From: a bacterium
GTDB taxonomy: Bacteria > Patescibacteriota > Microgenomatia > Daviesbacterales > UBA10151
Assembly (NCBI GenBank): GCA_021786105.1
Contig: JAJYNW010000003.1
Coordinates: 1 to 54,345, forward strand
Length of the DNA: 54,345 nucleotides
Reading direction: 5' to 3'
Part shown: piece by piece, positions 1-9,912 of the stretch
How the letters are laid out: each line of letters begins with the position of its first letter
Numbering within the stretch: the stretch's first letter is position 1
Program-made: the position numbers and the translations under genes
The notes under the pieces: generated by a model
Seen by the model: only the letters and a program-made list of their open reading frames with translations
Database searches by the model: none
Told to the model about the DNA's origin: nothing

Positions 1-70
1 AATATTTTAGAATATTAATGGACAGTTCACCTTCTCTCAACAGGAGGTCCTGTCCATTAATTTTGCCCAT
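1..70 (-). CDS. Possible 5' end of a gene running off the window edge (MGKINGQDLLLREGELSINILKY...)
   Basis: ATG at 70 on minus strand, AAGGGG SD-like sequence 6 nt upstream, open to the edge; too short to identify. Confidence 0.3.
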   Translation of the reverse strand, partial: MGKINGQDLLLREGELSINILKY

Positions 71-148
71 AAGCTACCCCTTAAATGCAAATTAGTTAAT
101 TTCCTGGAATAAGTGCAGGTGGGTCAGGCCACTAAAAATAAATTAGTG

Positions 149-177
149 TTGACCAGCAAAATTGCTTCTGATACGCT
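149..177 (+). promoter_or_regulatory. Sigma70 promoter of histidine kinase gene
   Basis: TTGACC (149-154), 17-bp spacer, TGaTACGCT (-10 at 172-177), ATG at 185. Confidence 0.65.
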
Positions 178-184
178 GGATTAT

Positions 185-1639
185 ATGGGCAAAAAAATTC
201 TGCACCTAAAAGTTGCCTTCGTTATCGTCTTTGCAGCACTTTCGCCGACTGCTTTAGGATTATTTATCCACCTTACTCCCATCCTTTCCATTTTGGCAGC
301 AATAGTTTGCGCTATCTTATCAGCAATTTTTTTAATCTGGATTCTAAAACCGCTGGGGAAGTTTTCGGAAAGCGTAAGGGCGTTTTCCGATGGCAACCTA
401 AACCACCGGATTGATATCAGATCAGGTGATGAATTTGAGGACATGGGAAATTCGTTTAACACCTTAGCAGATAAACTCTCAAAAACGATTAACCAAACAG
501 CCAACGACCGAGATATTGCTATCTCAGAGAAAAATAGGTTTGATGAAATTCTCTCTTCTGTCATAGATGGTATTATTGCTTTGGATTTTAATAAAAATAT
601 TATTTTCTTAAATAAATCCGCACAGAATTTAACAGGTTATAGCAATACAGAAGTTTACGGTAAACCAGTAAACCAACTCATCCACTTTTTCTCAGACACC
701 GAAGACATCTTGCCTAAAACTTACTGCCAGGGAAATTTCAACCAAGGCGTTAAGCTTATCGGCAAAGACGGTAAACAAACTAAGATTAATTTAATAGCTA
801 CTCAAGTGGGCGGCCCTGTGCAAACTAATTTAAATTGTATTCTTATCCTTCACGACTTATCGCAGGAGGAAGAGCTGGAACAAATGAAACTGGATTTTGT
901 GTCTATGGCTTCACACGAGCTTAAAACACCTCTTACCAGTATTATTGGTTATCTTTCCGTATTTTTGGAGGAAAACAAAAGCCAATTACCAAAAGACGGT
1001 TCAGATCTTTTAGATAAAGCATTTATTGCTGCTCAACAACTTCAAACCTTAATTCAGAATTTATTAAATGTTAATAAGATTGAAAGAGAGCAATTATCTG
1101 TTTCCCCGGAGTCGGTTGATTATCTTCCCATACTTTTGAAAGCTATTGAGGACCTAAAAAATCAAGCTGCCCAGAAAAACATTAGTCTGAATTTAACCTC
1201 CCCAACTCAAACCCTGCCTAAAGTTATGGCTGACCCGATCCGCCTAGGTGAAGTTGTTACGAATTTAGTATCCAATGCTATAAACTATACTAACCCCGGC
1301 GGCCGAGTCGAAGTTTCTACCGCTATCTCTCCAGCTGAGGTTAAAACTACTGTTTCCGATACAGGTGTCGGCATACCTCCGGAAGCCATCCCTCATCTGT
1401 TTGGTAAATTCTTCCGGGTTTCCAATCAACTGCAAAAAGCCAGCAAAGGAACCGGCCTAGGTCTCTATATCACTAAATCCATTATCGAAAAGCTCCATGG
1501 TAAAATTTGGGTTGAGTCGGAAGTAGGAAAAGGCAGCAGCTTCTTCTATACTTTACCGATCGCACCACAAAACTCAAGCTTCCAAAACGAAGACAAATTT
1601 GTTGCCCAAGCCATACAAGCAGGGACTTTGAATTATTGA
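185..1639 (+). CDS. HAMP/PAS sensor histidine kinase (WalK/PhoR-like)
   Basis: Two N-terminal TM helices, HAMP, PAS, H-box ASHELKTP, N-box NLVSNAINY, DTGVG and GTGLGL boxes. Start 185 preferred over GTG 113 because of the promoter position. Confidence 0.92.
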   Translation: MGKKILHLKVAFVIVFAALSPTALGLFIHLTPILSILAAIVCAILSAIFLIWILKPLGKFSESVRAFSDGNLNHRIDIRSGDEFEDMGNSFNTLADKLSKTINQTANDRDIAISEKNRFDEILSSVIDGIIALDFNKNIIFLNKSAQNLTGYSNTEVYGKPVNQLIHFFSDTEDILPKTYCQGNFNQGVKLIGKDGKQTKINLIATQVGGPVQTNLNCILILHDLSQEEELEQMKLDFVSMASHELKTPLTSIIGYLSVFLEENKSQLPKDGSDLLDKAFIAAQQLQTLIQNLLNVNKIEREQLSVSPESVDYLPILLKAIEDLKNQAAQKNISLNLTSPTQTLPKVMADPIRLGEVVTNLVSNAINYTNPGGRVEVSTAISPAEVKTTVSDTGVGIPPEAIPHLFGKFFRVSNQLQKASKGTGLGLYITKSIIEKLHGKIWVESEVGKGSSFFYTLPIAPQNSSFQNEDKFVAQAIQAGTLNY

Positions 1640-1668
1640 ATTTTTAATATACAATACAGTTAAACAAG

Positions 1669-2085
1669 ATGAATCCAACCGCTAAGAAAATTTTACTGGT
1701 TGAAGATGAAGACTTTATCCGGGACTTATACACCAGACAACTCACCAAAGCCGGCTTTTCAGTTAAAAGCGCAGTTGACGGACAATCTGGTTTAACTTCA
1801 CTAAAAAGCGAACCCTTTGACCTGCTGCTTTTGGATATCATGCTACCTGGTATGAATGGTTTACAGGTATTAAGAGAATTTAAAACCCAAAATCCAAATT
1901 CTCCAATGATCACTATACTTTTAACAAACTTAGGACAAGAAGCAGTCATCAAAGAAGGTTTTGAATTAGGAGCTCAGGCCTATCTAATCAAAGCCTCGTA
2001 TACCCCGGACCAGGTAGTCAACGAAGTTAAAAATGCCCTTTTCGGCGGTCAATTTACACCTGCCCCAAGCCCAACAGCCACATAA
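1669..2085 (+). CDS. Single-domain response regulator (receiver only)
   Basis: ILLVEDE, LLDIMLPGMNG, LTN, YLIK receiver motifs; no output domain. Confidence 0.92.
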   Translation: MNPTAKKILLVEDEDFIRDLYTRQLTKAGFSVKSAVDGQSGLTSLKSEPFDLLLLDIMLPGMNGLQVLREFKTQNPNSPMITILLTNLGQEAVIKEGFELGAQAYLIKASYTPDQVVNEVKNALFGGQFTPAPSPTAT

Positions 2086-2092
2086 TTAATTT

Positions 2093-2473
2093 ATGAATGC
2101 CAAAGGCAAGAAAATACTGCTAGTTGAGGACGACGATCTTGCCAGAGAACTATACCTTCGACAACTCACCAAAGCCGGCTTTTCAGTTAAAACCGCAGCA
2201 GACGGAAAAGAAGCACTGGAAGAATTAAAAAGCGAACCCTTTGACCTGCTGCTTTTGGATATCATGCTACCTGGTATGAATGGTTTACAGGTATTAAGAG
2301 AATTTAAAACCCAAAATCCAAATTCTCCAATGATCACGGTTTTGCTCACCCAGTTAGGCCAGGAGAAAATTATTACAGAAGGACAGGTATTAGGAGCACG
2401 GGCTTGTTTGATGAAAACATCTCATACACCGGATCAAGTGGTAAATGAGGTAAAAACATATCTAAATGCCTAA
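2093..2473 (+). CDS. Single-domain response regulator, paralog of 1669-2085
   Basis: ILLVEDD, LLDIMLPGMNG; shares identical DNA tracts with the upstream copy. Confidence 0.9.
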   Translation: MNAKGKKILLVEDDDLARELYLRQLTKAGFSVKTAADGKEALEELKSEPFDLLLLDIMLPGMNGLQVLREFKTQNPNSPMITVLLTQLGQEKIITEGQVLGARACLMKTSHTPDQVVNEVKTYLNA

Positions 2474-2495
2474 AATAGGATATCCTATTTAATAA

Positions 2496-2582
2496 ATTGA
2501 AGCACTGTTTGATCGGAGAAAATTAACAGAAAGCCGCATGATCACTGCTTTATATCTGGCAAAAAGATTTCCAGAAAAATAA
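2496..2582 (+). pseudogene. Possible C-terminal remnant of a NUDIX (NudE-like) hydrolase gene
   Basis: Startless frame IEALFDRRKLTESRMITALYLAKRFPEK* resembles the last helix of NudE-type proteins. Confidence 0.3.
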
Positions 2583-2604
2583 TTTAAATAAACAAAGTGT
2601 AAGC

Positions 2605-3717
2605 TTAATTAAGCTTTTTTTCTGTTGGTTTAATAATTTCTGCAATAGGAGACTTCGTATTTCTAATATCACCCACCTCCCTAACGCCTGTCTGGGCCGC
2701 CCCCATCGCAGGTGTAATAGGATATACCCCTAATTTTGTACCAATATCACCGCTAAATATCTTCACTGACCCCAACCAATGCTGACGGCGCATCATTTCA
2801 TGTTTAGAATTTTCGGGGGAAAGTTGGATTGCACCATATTCAGCATGATTTAAACCAGCTGTTTTTGCTCCCATTTGGGATTTTTTGGAATTGTAATGCC
2901 ACCATTCATCCTCATAAGGTTCAAAACCAGCTTCTGTCATTGTGTTATATAAAATTCTTCTATAACCTAAAGCTTCATGTTCTTCAGAGGTTAATTTTCT
3001 TTTAGTAGCAAGTTTTTCATAATAGTTAAGAGCAGCTTCCGGTCCTCCGTGATCAAAATTGGTGCCGAAATTTAAAAGCTGGATATTGGCCTCAATTAGA
3101 GCTATTTTTCGCATCTGTAGTTTATATACTTTTTCCCAATCTTTATTTCCTAACTTAGCTACTTCCTGATTAATTTGTTGCACCTCCTTCTCTATATTAG
3201 GGGGTAGTTTAAAGATTGCTGTATCTACAGAACCACCAGTGTTATGAGGAGAAGGACGATTTGGATCAGTTGATGGAATAGATACAAAAACTTGAGTTGC
3301 TTTAGATAATTCTTCATCAGTTAAATCCGGGTGCATTGTTTTCAGTTCATTTAAATAACCATCGTATAGAGACTGCTGAACTCTTAAAGTTCTATACGCA
3401 TCAAAAACAATTAAATACATTCCTGTTGGTAATAGTAACTGAGCTTTTTTAAGTTGTTGAGCTGCTTCCTGCCGAACAAACATTGTAACCAAACTCCCTT
3501 CTAAAGAACTGCTAGGATAAGGCGAGTCTTTTTTCTCACCAAAATAGATCGAATGGGTGAAGATTTCATCATTGCAGGAAAAAGGACCGAGCGGAACTAA
3601 AGGTTCACCGTTTTCTCTTAAGAAAACTTCCTTCCAACCAGTCATAGAAGGAAGCTCAATAGGAACTGGTCTGCTGGTTAAGTCTGGATTAAATTTTCTT
3701 TCTCCATCCAGATTCAT
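2605..3717 (-). CDS. D-alanyl-D-alanine dipeptidase, peptidase M15D (VanX/DdpX family)
   Basis: DAYR, SPHNTGGSVD (SxHxxGxxxD), FD and EWWHY zinc-peptidase motifs. Confidence 0.85.
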   Translation of the reverse strand: MNLDGERKFNPDLTSRPVPIELPSMTGWKEVFLRENGEPLVPLGPFSCNDEIFTHSIYFGEKKDSPYPSSSLEGSLVTMFVRQEAAQQLKKAQLLLPTGMYLIVFDAYRTLRVQQSLYDGYLNELKTMHPDLTDEELSKATQVFVSIPSTDPNRPSPHNTGGSVDTAIFKLPPNIEKEVQQINQEVAKLGNKDWEKVYKLQMRKIALIEANIQLLNFGTNFDHGGPEAALNYYEKLATKRKLTSEEHEALGYRRILYNTMTEAGFEPYEDEWWHYNSKKSQMGAKTAGLNHAEYGAIQLSPENSKHEMMRRQHWLGSVKIFSGDIGTKLGVYPITPAMGAAQTGVREVGDIRNTKSPIAEIIKPTEKKLN

Positions 3718-3735
3718 ACCTAAAGAATAACAAAT

Positions 3736-5742
3736 TTATCTGAGGAAAGGTACCAGCAGTAAAGCAACTATATTTACTACCTTAATCATTGGGTTAATAG
3801 CTGGACCCGCCGTATCCTTGTATGGGTCACCGACCGTGTCACCAGTGACTGCGGCTTTGTGGGCCTCGGAACCCTTGCCGCCAAACTTTCCGGATTCAAT
3901 ATATTTTTTGGCATTATCCCAAGCCGCTCCGCCGGTAGTCATGGACACCGCCACAAAAATCCCCGTCACAATTGACCCTACCAGCATCCCACCCAAAGCC
4001 ACCGGCCCTAAGACAAAACCAACAATGACCGGTGACAAAACCGGAATCAAAGCCGGCACCAGCATTTGTTTTTGAGCTGAAGCGGTCACGATATCAACAC
4101 ATTTGGCATAATCCGGTTTGGCGGTGCCTTCCATAATTCCTTTAATAGTTCTAAACTGTCGTCTGACTTCCTCCACCACTGACGCACCGGCTTTACCCAC
4201 TGCCTCCATAGCAAAGGACGCAAATAAGTAGGGTAAAGCGCCTCCGATAAAAAGACCGACCAAAACTTTGGGATCTGATAAGGAAAATGTCAATTCGTTC
4301 CCTCCGGCACTAAATTCTTGGGCATATGCCGAAAATAAAACCATGGCTGCCAAAGCAGCAGAACCAATGGCGTAACCTTTAGTTACCGCTTTGGTAGTAT
4401 TACCAACCGCATCCAAAGGATCAGTCACACCGCGAACTTTAGGAGGTAAATTAGCCATTTCAGCAATACCGCCGGCATTATCGGTAATCGGCCCAAAAGC
4501 ATCTATTGCCACTACAATCCCTGCCAAAGAAAGCATCGTTACGCCAGCCAGCGCTATTCCGTAAAGTCCGGCCAAAACAAAACTGACCATCACCGCCAAA
4601 GAAATTAAAATAATCGGCCACAAAGTTGAGCGCATCGATAAGGCCAAACCGGCAATAATATTGGTGGCGTGACCTGTTTTAGAAGCCAAAGCCAAATTCT
4701 GCACCGGCGCATATTGAGTACCGGTGTAATATTCAGTGATAACTACCATGCCTCCGGTTACCAATACTCCGATTAAGGCAGCCAGGTATAAATTCAAAAC
4801 CGGGTAAACGCCGTTATTTCCCATCAGTCCTGAGGCTACCGGATAAAACAAAACCGCACAGAGCACTGCAGTTACAATCATGCCCCTATATAGGGCCTTC
4901 ATAATATTTTTGCTGGTGAGCTTAACAAAAAACGATCCGATCACCGAAGCAAAAATTCCCATGGCTAAGATGAATAAGGGAAAAATTACTGCTGAATCAA
5001 AAGCCGGAAAAAGCAGCTGGCCTAAGATCATGGAAGCAATAGCCGTAACCACGTAAGTTTCAAAAATATCTGCCGCCATACCGGCGTCATCACCCACATT
5101 ATCACCCACATTATCCGCAATCACAGCCGGGTTTCTCGGATCATCCTCCGGTATTCCGGCTTCAATTTTACCCACCAAATCAGCTCCAACATCTGCTCCT
5201 TTGGTAAATATACCTCCGCCTAACCTGGCAAAAACAGAAATCAAAGAACCGCCAAACCCCAAACCAACCAAAGACTTTAAATCTCCGCCAGTGTATTGAA
5301 AGAAGCCGTAAACTGCTGCCAGCGCCAAACCCACTACCAAAAATCCTGTCACTGCCCCGCCTTTATATGCCAACCCAAAAGCCTCTGACAAACCTTTCTT
5401 GGCTTCCTGGGTTACTCTCACATTAGCTCTAACCGCCACACTCATGCCAATAAAACCAGCCAATCCCGAAAGCACTGCACCCACCAAGAATCCGATGGCA
5501 GTATTTTTACCTAAGACATAGAAGATTAAAGCGGCTAAAACAACCGCCACCAAAGCCACCACTTTATATTGTCTTTGCAAGTAAGCTGCAGCTCCCTCTT
5601 GAATCGCCGAGGCAATTTCCTGCATTTTTCCGTCTCCGGGGTCTTTTCGCAATATATCTACAATTAACCAAATACCATATCCCAGTGCCGCCACAACCGC
5701 AGCCCAAATTATTAAAGTTACATTATTTATTATGAAGTCCAT
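3736..5742 (-). CDS. hppA: Membrane-bound ion-translocating pyrophosphatase, probably K+-independent H+-PPase
   Basis: [50 protein letters not shown]; GNTTKA (Lys) marks the K+-independent type. Confidence 0.95.
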   Translation of the reverse strand: MDFIINNVTLIIWAAVVAALGYGIWLIVDILRKDPGDGKMQEIASAIQEGAAAYLQRQYKVVALVAVVLAALIFYVLGKNTAIGFLVGAVLSGLAGFIGMSVAVRANVRVTQEAKKGLSEAFGLAYKGGAVTGFLVVGLALAAVYGFFQYTGGDLKSLVGLGFGGSLISVFARLGGGIFTKGADVGADLVGKIEAGIPEDDPRNPAVIADNVGDNVGDDAGMAADIFETYVVTAIASMILGQLLFPAFDSAVIFPLFILAMGIFASVIGSFFVKLTSKNIMKALYRGMIVTAVLCAVLFYPVASGLMGNNGVYPVLNLYLAALIGVLVTGGMVVITEYYTGTQYAPVQNLALASKTGHATNIIAGLALSMRSTLWPIILISLAVMVSFVLAGLYGIALAGVTMLSLAGIVVAIDAFGPITDNAGGIAEMANLPPKVRGVTDPLDAVGNTTKAVTKGYAIGSAALAAMVLFSAYAQEFSAGGNELTFSLSDPKVLVGLFIGGALPYLFASFAMEAVGKAGASVVEEVRRQFRTIKGIMEGTAKPDYAKCVDIVTASAQKQMLVPALIPVLSPVIVGFVLGPVALGGMLVGSIVTGIFVAVSMTTGGAAWDNAKKYIESGKFGGKGSEAHKAAVTGDTVGDPYKDTAGPAINPMIKVVNIVALLLVPFLR

Positions 5743-5807
5743 GAAAATATAGGCGGCAGTTACTAGAATTTACACTAGAAGCTATTATTTAGTCAAGTGG
5801 ATGAATT

Positions 5808-8231
5808 TTAAGCCATGTAGGCAGGAGGGGGAGTCGGAACGGTTTTTCGGGCTTTGGGTTGAGGAGGTCTGATTAAAGCCACCTTCAAAACTTCGTCCAT
5901 GTGTTTGACAAAAACGAATTTCAAATCTTTTTGTACATAATCCGGAATATCTTCAATATCTTTCTCGTTATCTGCCGGGGCAATCACAGTTTTCACCCCC
6001 GCCCGGTGCGCCGCCAAAACCTTTTCTTTTAATCCGCCAATTTCCAAAACCCGTCCCCGCAAAGTTACCTCACCAGTCATTGCCACATCCTTTTTAACCG
6101 GAATCTTGGTAAAGGCAGAAACTATGGCGGTAGTTAAAGTAATACCAGCTGACGGTCCGTCTTTAGGAATAGCTCCCTCCGGCACATGAACGTGAACATC
6201 AACTTTTTGGAAAAAATTTTCCGGAAGTCCCAAACTTAACCAGTGCGACCTGACATAAGACATGGCAGCCTGCCCTGATTCCTTCATCACATCTCCCAAT
6301 TGCCCTGTTAATAGCAAATTGCCTTTACCCGGCATTAAAGTCACTTCAATAAACAGCACCTCTCCGCCGGCCTCAGTCACTGACAAACCAGTAACCATAC
6401 CGATTTCATCTTCCTTCTCAGCCAAAATCGGCAGGAATTTAATCGGACCCAGGAACTTATGCACATCAGCTGGTGTAATGGTAAATTTCTTCACCTCACC
6501 ATTACCTTCAGCAATTTTTCTGGCCACTTTCCTGATAACTGCTGACGCTTCCCTTTCTAAGCTTCTGACGCCTGCTTCCCTAGTGTATTCCCGGATGATT
6601 GAAGATACTGCTTCATCTCCAAACTCAATCTGGTTATCCTTTAAACCATGGTTTTGTACCTGTTTGGGAATTAAGAATTTTTTGGCGATATGAAATTTCT
6701 CATCTTCTGTATATCCCGGGTACCTAATAATTTCCAACCTGTCTCTTAAAGCCGCCGGAATGGTATCCAAAATATTAGCTGTCGTGATAAACATCGCATT
6801 GGAAAGATCATAAGGAACTTCCAGATAATGGTCGGAAAATCCTTCGTTTTGTTCCGGATCCAAAGCTTCCAAAAGCGCTGCCGAAGGATCACCCCGGTAA
6901 TCTGAACCGATTTTATCAATTTCATCCAGCATAAACACCGGGTTAGTAGCACCAGCCTGCTTAATCCCTTGGACTATTCTACCCGGCATGGAACCCACAT
7001 AAGTCCGCCTATGCCCTCTGATCTCTGCTTCATCCCGGATACCGCCTAAGGAAACTTTGACGAATTTGCGGCCTAAAGCTCTGGCAATAGATTTACCGAT
7101 GGAGGTTTTACCGGTTCCCGGCGGACCGACAAAACACAGGATCGGCCCTTTCATTTTGCCTGCTAGCTTGTAGACGGCCAAATATTCAATGATTCTTTCC
7201 TTAACCTTTTTTAAGCCATAGTGATCCGTATCTAAAATTCCTTCAGCTTTCTTCAAATCAACCCTGCCTTTCCTCTCCAACTTCCAGGGTAAATCCGTCA
7301 GCCATTCCAAATAATTCCTGATGTAACCCGCTTCCGGGTTATAAGAAGACATCTTAGCCAGTCTTGATAGCTCTTTTTTAGCCTTCTCCAATACCTCTTT
7401 CGGCATCCCGGCTTTTTTAATTTTGAGCTCAAATTCCCTGATTTCCTGGTGCTCTGCATCTGAACCGCCTAATTCTTCCTCTATGCTTTTCATCTGCTCC
7501 CGCAAAATTGCCTCTTTGGTCATCTTGGACACTCTTTCCTGAGTTTGTGAGGAAATTTTTTGGGAAATTTCTAAAATTCTGATCTCCTTGGCCAGAAGCT
7601 CTGACAGTCTTTGCAGCCTTTCCACTGCTGACACCATTTCCAGAATTTGCTGTTTATCGATAGTTTTAAAATCAATTGCCTGAGTAATGGAATTAACTAA
7701 TTGATTGGGATCATCAGAATAGGTAAACAGGGACCAATTGGCAATGTTGCTTTGATCAAAGAAAGGATTGCCGCCTAACTCCAAATAGCGCTTAACCTGT
7801 TCCCGGACAGTTCTAACCAAAGCCTCTGTCTGTTCGGTTTTCTCATAAAGGTCAGGAATTTCTTCTATTTCTGCCTCGAGATAGGCTTCTGTTTGAGTAA
7901 AATTCTTCAAAAATACCCGGCTTAATCCTTCTGCCTGCAAAGTGTACTCGCCCTCAGGATTCTTCACTACTCTTCTAATCAAACAAACCGTGCCGACCTT
8001 ATAAAGATCTTTCTCTGCCGGATCTTCAATCTTGCTGTTTTTTTGGGTCACAAAAACTATTAACTTATCAGAATTCCAGGCCGTATCTAAAGCCGCTTTG
8101 GATTTTGGCCGGCCGGAAATAATCGGAACTGAATTACCGGGAAAAATAACCGTATCGCGCAAAGGGCCAACTGGCATGGTTGGTTTCAGTTTTAGAGGTT
8201 CGCTTGTCAGAGGTTTCATAAAATCAGCCAT
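5808..8231 (-). CDS. lon: ATP-dependent Lon protease
   Basis: LON N-domain, Walker [23 protein letters not shown] catalytic Ser, GGLKEK. Confidence 0.97.
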   Translation of the reverse strand: MADFMKPLTSEPLKLKPTMPVGPLRDTVIFPGNSVPIISGRPKSKAALDTAWNSDKLIVFVTQKNSKIEDPAEKDLYKVGTVCLIRRVVKNPEGEYTLQAEGLSRVFLKNFTQTEAYLEAEIEEIPDLYEKTEQTEALVRTVREQVKRYLELGGNPFFDQSNIANWSLFTYSDDPNQLVNSITQAIDFKTIDKQQILEMVSAVERLQRLSELLAKEIRILEISQKISSQTQERVSKMTKEAILREQMKSIEEELGGSDAEHQEIREFELKIKKAGMPKEVLEKAKKELSRLAKMSSYNPEAGYIRNYLEWLTDLPWKLERKGRVDLKKAEGILDTDHYGLKKVKERIIEYLAVYKLAGKMKGPILCFVGPPGTGKTSIGKSIARALGRKFVKVSLGGIRDEAEIRGHRRTYVGSMPGRIVQGIKQAGATNPVFMLDEIDKIGSDYRGDPSAALLEALDPEQNEGFSDHYLEVPYDLSNAMFITTANILDTIPAALRDRLEIIRYPGYTEDEKFHIAKKFLIPKQVQNHGLKDNQIEFGDEAVSSIIREYTREAGVRSLEREASAVIRKVARKIAEGNGEVKKFTITPADVHKFLGPIKFLPILAEKEDEIGMVTGLSVTEAGGEVLFIEVTLMPGKGNLLLTGQLGDVMKESGQAAMSYVRSHWLSLGLPENFFQKVDVHVHVPEGAIPKDGPSAGITLTTAIVSAFTKIPVKKDVAMTGEVTLRGRVLEIGGLKEKVLAAHRAGVKTVIAPADNEKDIEDIPDYVQKDLKFVFVKHMDEVLKVALIRPPQPKARKTVPTPPPAYMA

Positions 8232-8237
8232 ATTTAT

Positions 8238-8264
8238 TTAGCAGTTTACAATCTCGAGTGCTAA
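8238..8264 (-). promoter_or_regulatory. CIRCE element (HrcA operator) overlapping the lon promoter
   Basis: Minus strand TTAGCACTC-N9-AACTGCTAA vs consensus TTAGCACTC-N9-GAGTGCTAA; overlaps TTGACT (8266-8271), 17-bp spacer, TAAACT (8243-8248). Confidence 0.85.
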
Positions 8265-8281
8265 AAGTCAAGATCCCAAAA

Positions 8282-8815
8282 TCAATAATCTACACCCTTT
8301 TTTGCCAAAATTCCCTTTTCAAACGGGTGTTTAATCGGTTTCATTTCAGTTACCAAATCTGCCATATCAATCAGCTTCCTGGAAGCGTGATGACCGGTTA
8401 ATATTAAATCAAGATCCCGAGATTTTGCTTTGATTAGCCTCACAACCAGTTTTTGCGGCAACAGTCTGGAGGCAACTGCCCCGATTATTTCATCTGCTAC
8501 TACCACATCCCATTTTCCCGAAACTACTTCCTTATATAATTTTTCAAAAGTTTCTTTGGCAGCTTTTTTGTGTTCTTTTAAAGGCAATTTATCACCTAAA
8601 ATTTTGACAAACCCTTTACCGCCTTGGATAAATTTCACAAAAGGGGAGAGTTTTTTGACTCCTGCCACCTCACCAGTAAACCAAACCTTACCAAACTGAA
8701 CTATCAAACACCTTCTTTTGTAGCCTACAGCCCGCAGCACCAAACCTAAGGCCGCCGTGGTTTTCCCTTTTCCTTCACCAGTATAAACAATTACCAACCC
8801 CTTTTCCCCGCTCAT
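8282..8815 (-). CDS. cobO: Cob(I)alamin adenosyltransferase (CobO/BtuR)
   Basis: VYTGEGKGKTTAALG P-loop, DEI, LTG, ADLVTEM..KHPF..G....GVDY. Confidence 0.92.
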   Translation of the reverse strand: MSGEKGLVIVYTGEGKGKTTAALGLVLRAVGYKRRCLIVQFGKVWFTGEVAGVKKLSPFVKFIQGGKGFVKILGDKLPLKEHKKAAKETFEKLYKEVVSGKWDVVVADEIIGAVASRLLPQKLVVRLIKAKSRDLDLILTGHHASRKLIDMADLVTEMKPIKHPFEKGILAKKGVDY

Positions 8816-8847
8816 AAGCAAATTTTACCAAAAACCCACTCCTCCAT

Positions 8848-8867
8848 ACTTCCACCTCGGGGGTGGA
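8848..8867. repeat. REP-like hairpin, left of RAYT
   Basis: ACTTCCACCTCGGGGGTGGA, self-complementary (TCCACC/GGTGGA) and exact reverse complement of 9565-9584. Confidence 0.85.
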
Positions 8868-8873
8868 GGGGTA

Positions 8874-8902
8874 TTGACACCTCGGTAATTTTTACCTACT
8901 AT
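8874..8902 (+). promoter_or_regulatory. Sigma70 promoter of RAYT (near-leaderless)
   Basis: TTGACA, 17-bp spacer, TACTAT; ATG 8 nt downstream. Confidence 0.75.
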
Positions 8903-8910
8903 GATCTCAT

Positions 8911-9555
8911 ATGCCAGCCAGAATCATTCCTCTAGTTAATGGCCAGTTTTATCATGTCTATAACCGTGGAGTAGAAAAAAGACGAATCTTCGAAAATAGG
9001 GGAACATACGCAAGATTCTTACAAACAATTAATTATTACCGATTAGAAGGACCTAAACCAAAATTTTCTAACTTCATCAAATATAAAGTATTCAAGCCTA
9101 ATCCAGATAAAAAGATTGTTGATATTATCTGTTACTGTCTAATGCCAAATCACTTCCATTTTCTGATCAAACAATTAAAAGAAGGTGGGATAAGTGAATT
9201 TATCAGCAAGCTCACCAACAGCTATACTAAATTTTATAATACTAAATTCAACAGAGTTGGGCCTTTATTACAAGGGCAATTTAAAGCAGTTTTGATTGAA
9301 TCAGATGAGCAATTAGTCCATGTTTCCCGTTATATACACTTAAATCCTGTTTCCTCGTTCTTAGCGGAAACACCTGAAGATTACGAATGGTCATCCTACA
9401 GTGAATATTTTAAAAACAAGGGGATTTGCATAAAAGAAGAAATACTCAGTTTTTTTAAATCTGCCGTCAATTATAAAAAATTCGTTGATGATCAAATTGG
9501 CTATGCGCAGGAATTGGAATTAATCAAACACCAATTACTAGATGCTGAAGATTAA
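8911..9555 (+). mobile_element. REP-associated tyrosine transposase (RAYT, Y1 HUH family)
   Basis: YHVYNRG, YCLMPNHFH (HUH), GPLLQGQFK, YIHLNPV, WSSY motifs; flanked by inverted hairpins. Confidence 0.9.
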
Positions 9556-9562
9556 GTACCTG

Positions 9563-9584
9563 CTTCCACCCCCGAGGTGGAAGT
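9563..9584. repeat. REP-like hairpin, right of RAYT
   Basis: CTTCCACC-CCCGA-GGTGGAAG perfect 8-bp stem; inverted copy of 8848-8867. Confidence 0.85.
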
Positions 9585-9593
9585 GTATTGAAT

Positions 9594-9757
9594 ATGAATA
9601 TAATTAATAAATTAGTGTTTTATGGAGTATTTGAAGACATTAACGCAGCCATTACCAGAGAAAAACAAATCAAAGTGGTTCGAGAGAGAAGAAATTAAAA
9701 CTCATTGAATCAAAGAATTCTGGATTTGAGGATTTATGTGGTTCCAGTGTCAGGTAG
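9594..9757 (+). pseudogene. C-terminal half of a small GIY-YIG nuclease, frameshifted
   Basis: INKLVFYGVFEDINAAITREKQIK then, in a shifted frame, GSREKKLKLIESKNSGFEDL; the N-terminal GIY-YIG motifs are absent. Confidence 0.75.
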
Positions 9758-9772
9758 AATTATCCTGAGCCA

Positions 9773-9804
9773 GATTGTTTCGTCGCTACGCTCCTCGCAA
9801 TGAC
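9773..9804. repeat. Half of a palindromic repeat of the GATTGCTTCGTCG...CTCCTCGCAATGAC type
   Basis: GATTGTTTCGTCGCTACGCTCCTCGCAATGAC just downstream of the GIY-YIG remnant; family recognised from memory. Confidence 0.55.
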
Positions 9805-9813
9805 AATACAGAA

Positions 9814-9849
9814 TCAACACATGCTGTAGCCACAACTGTGGCACTTTTT
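9814..9849 (-). repeat. Synonymously recoded duplicate of the last 12 codons of nrdJ
   Basis: Encodes KKCHSCGYSMC* like 9913-9948, with 6 differences, all at third codon positions. Confidence 0.9.
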
Positions 9850-9912
9850 AAGGACAACGTAGCCGTTACAAGACAACGATCATTGTAACAGGCAGAGTTT
9901 TCGCAAGAAATG

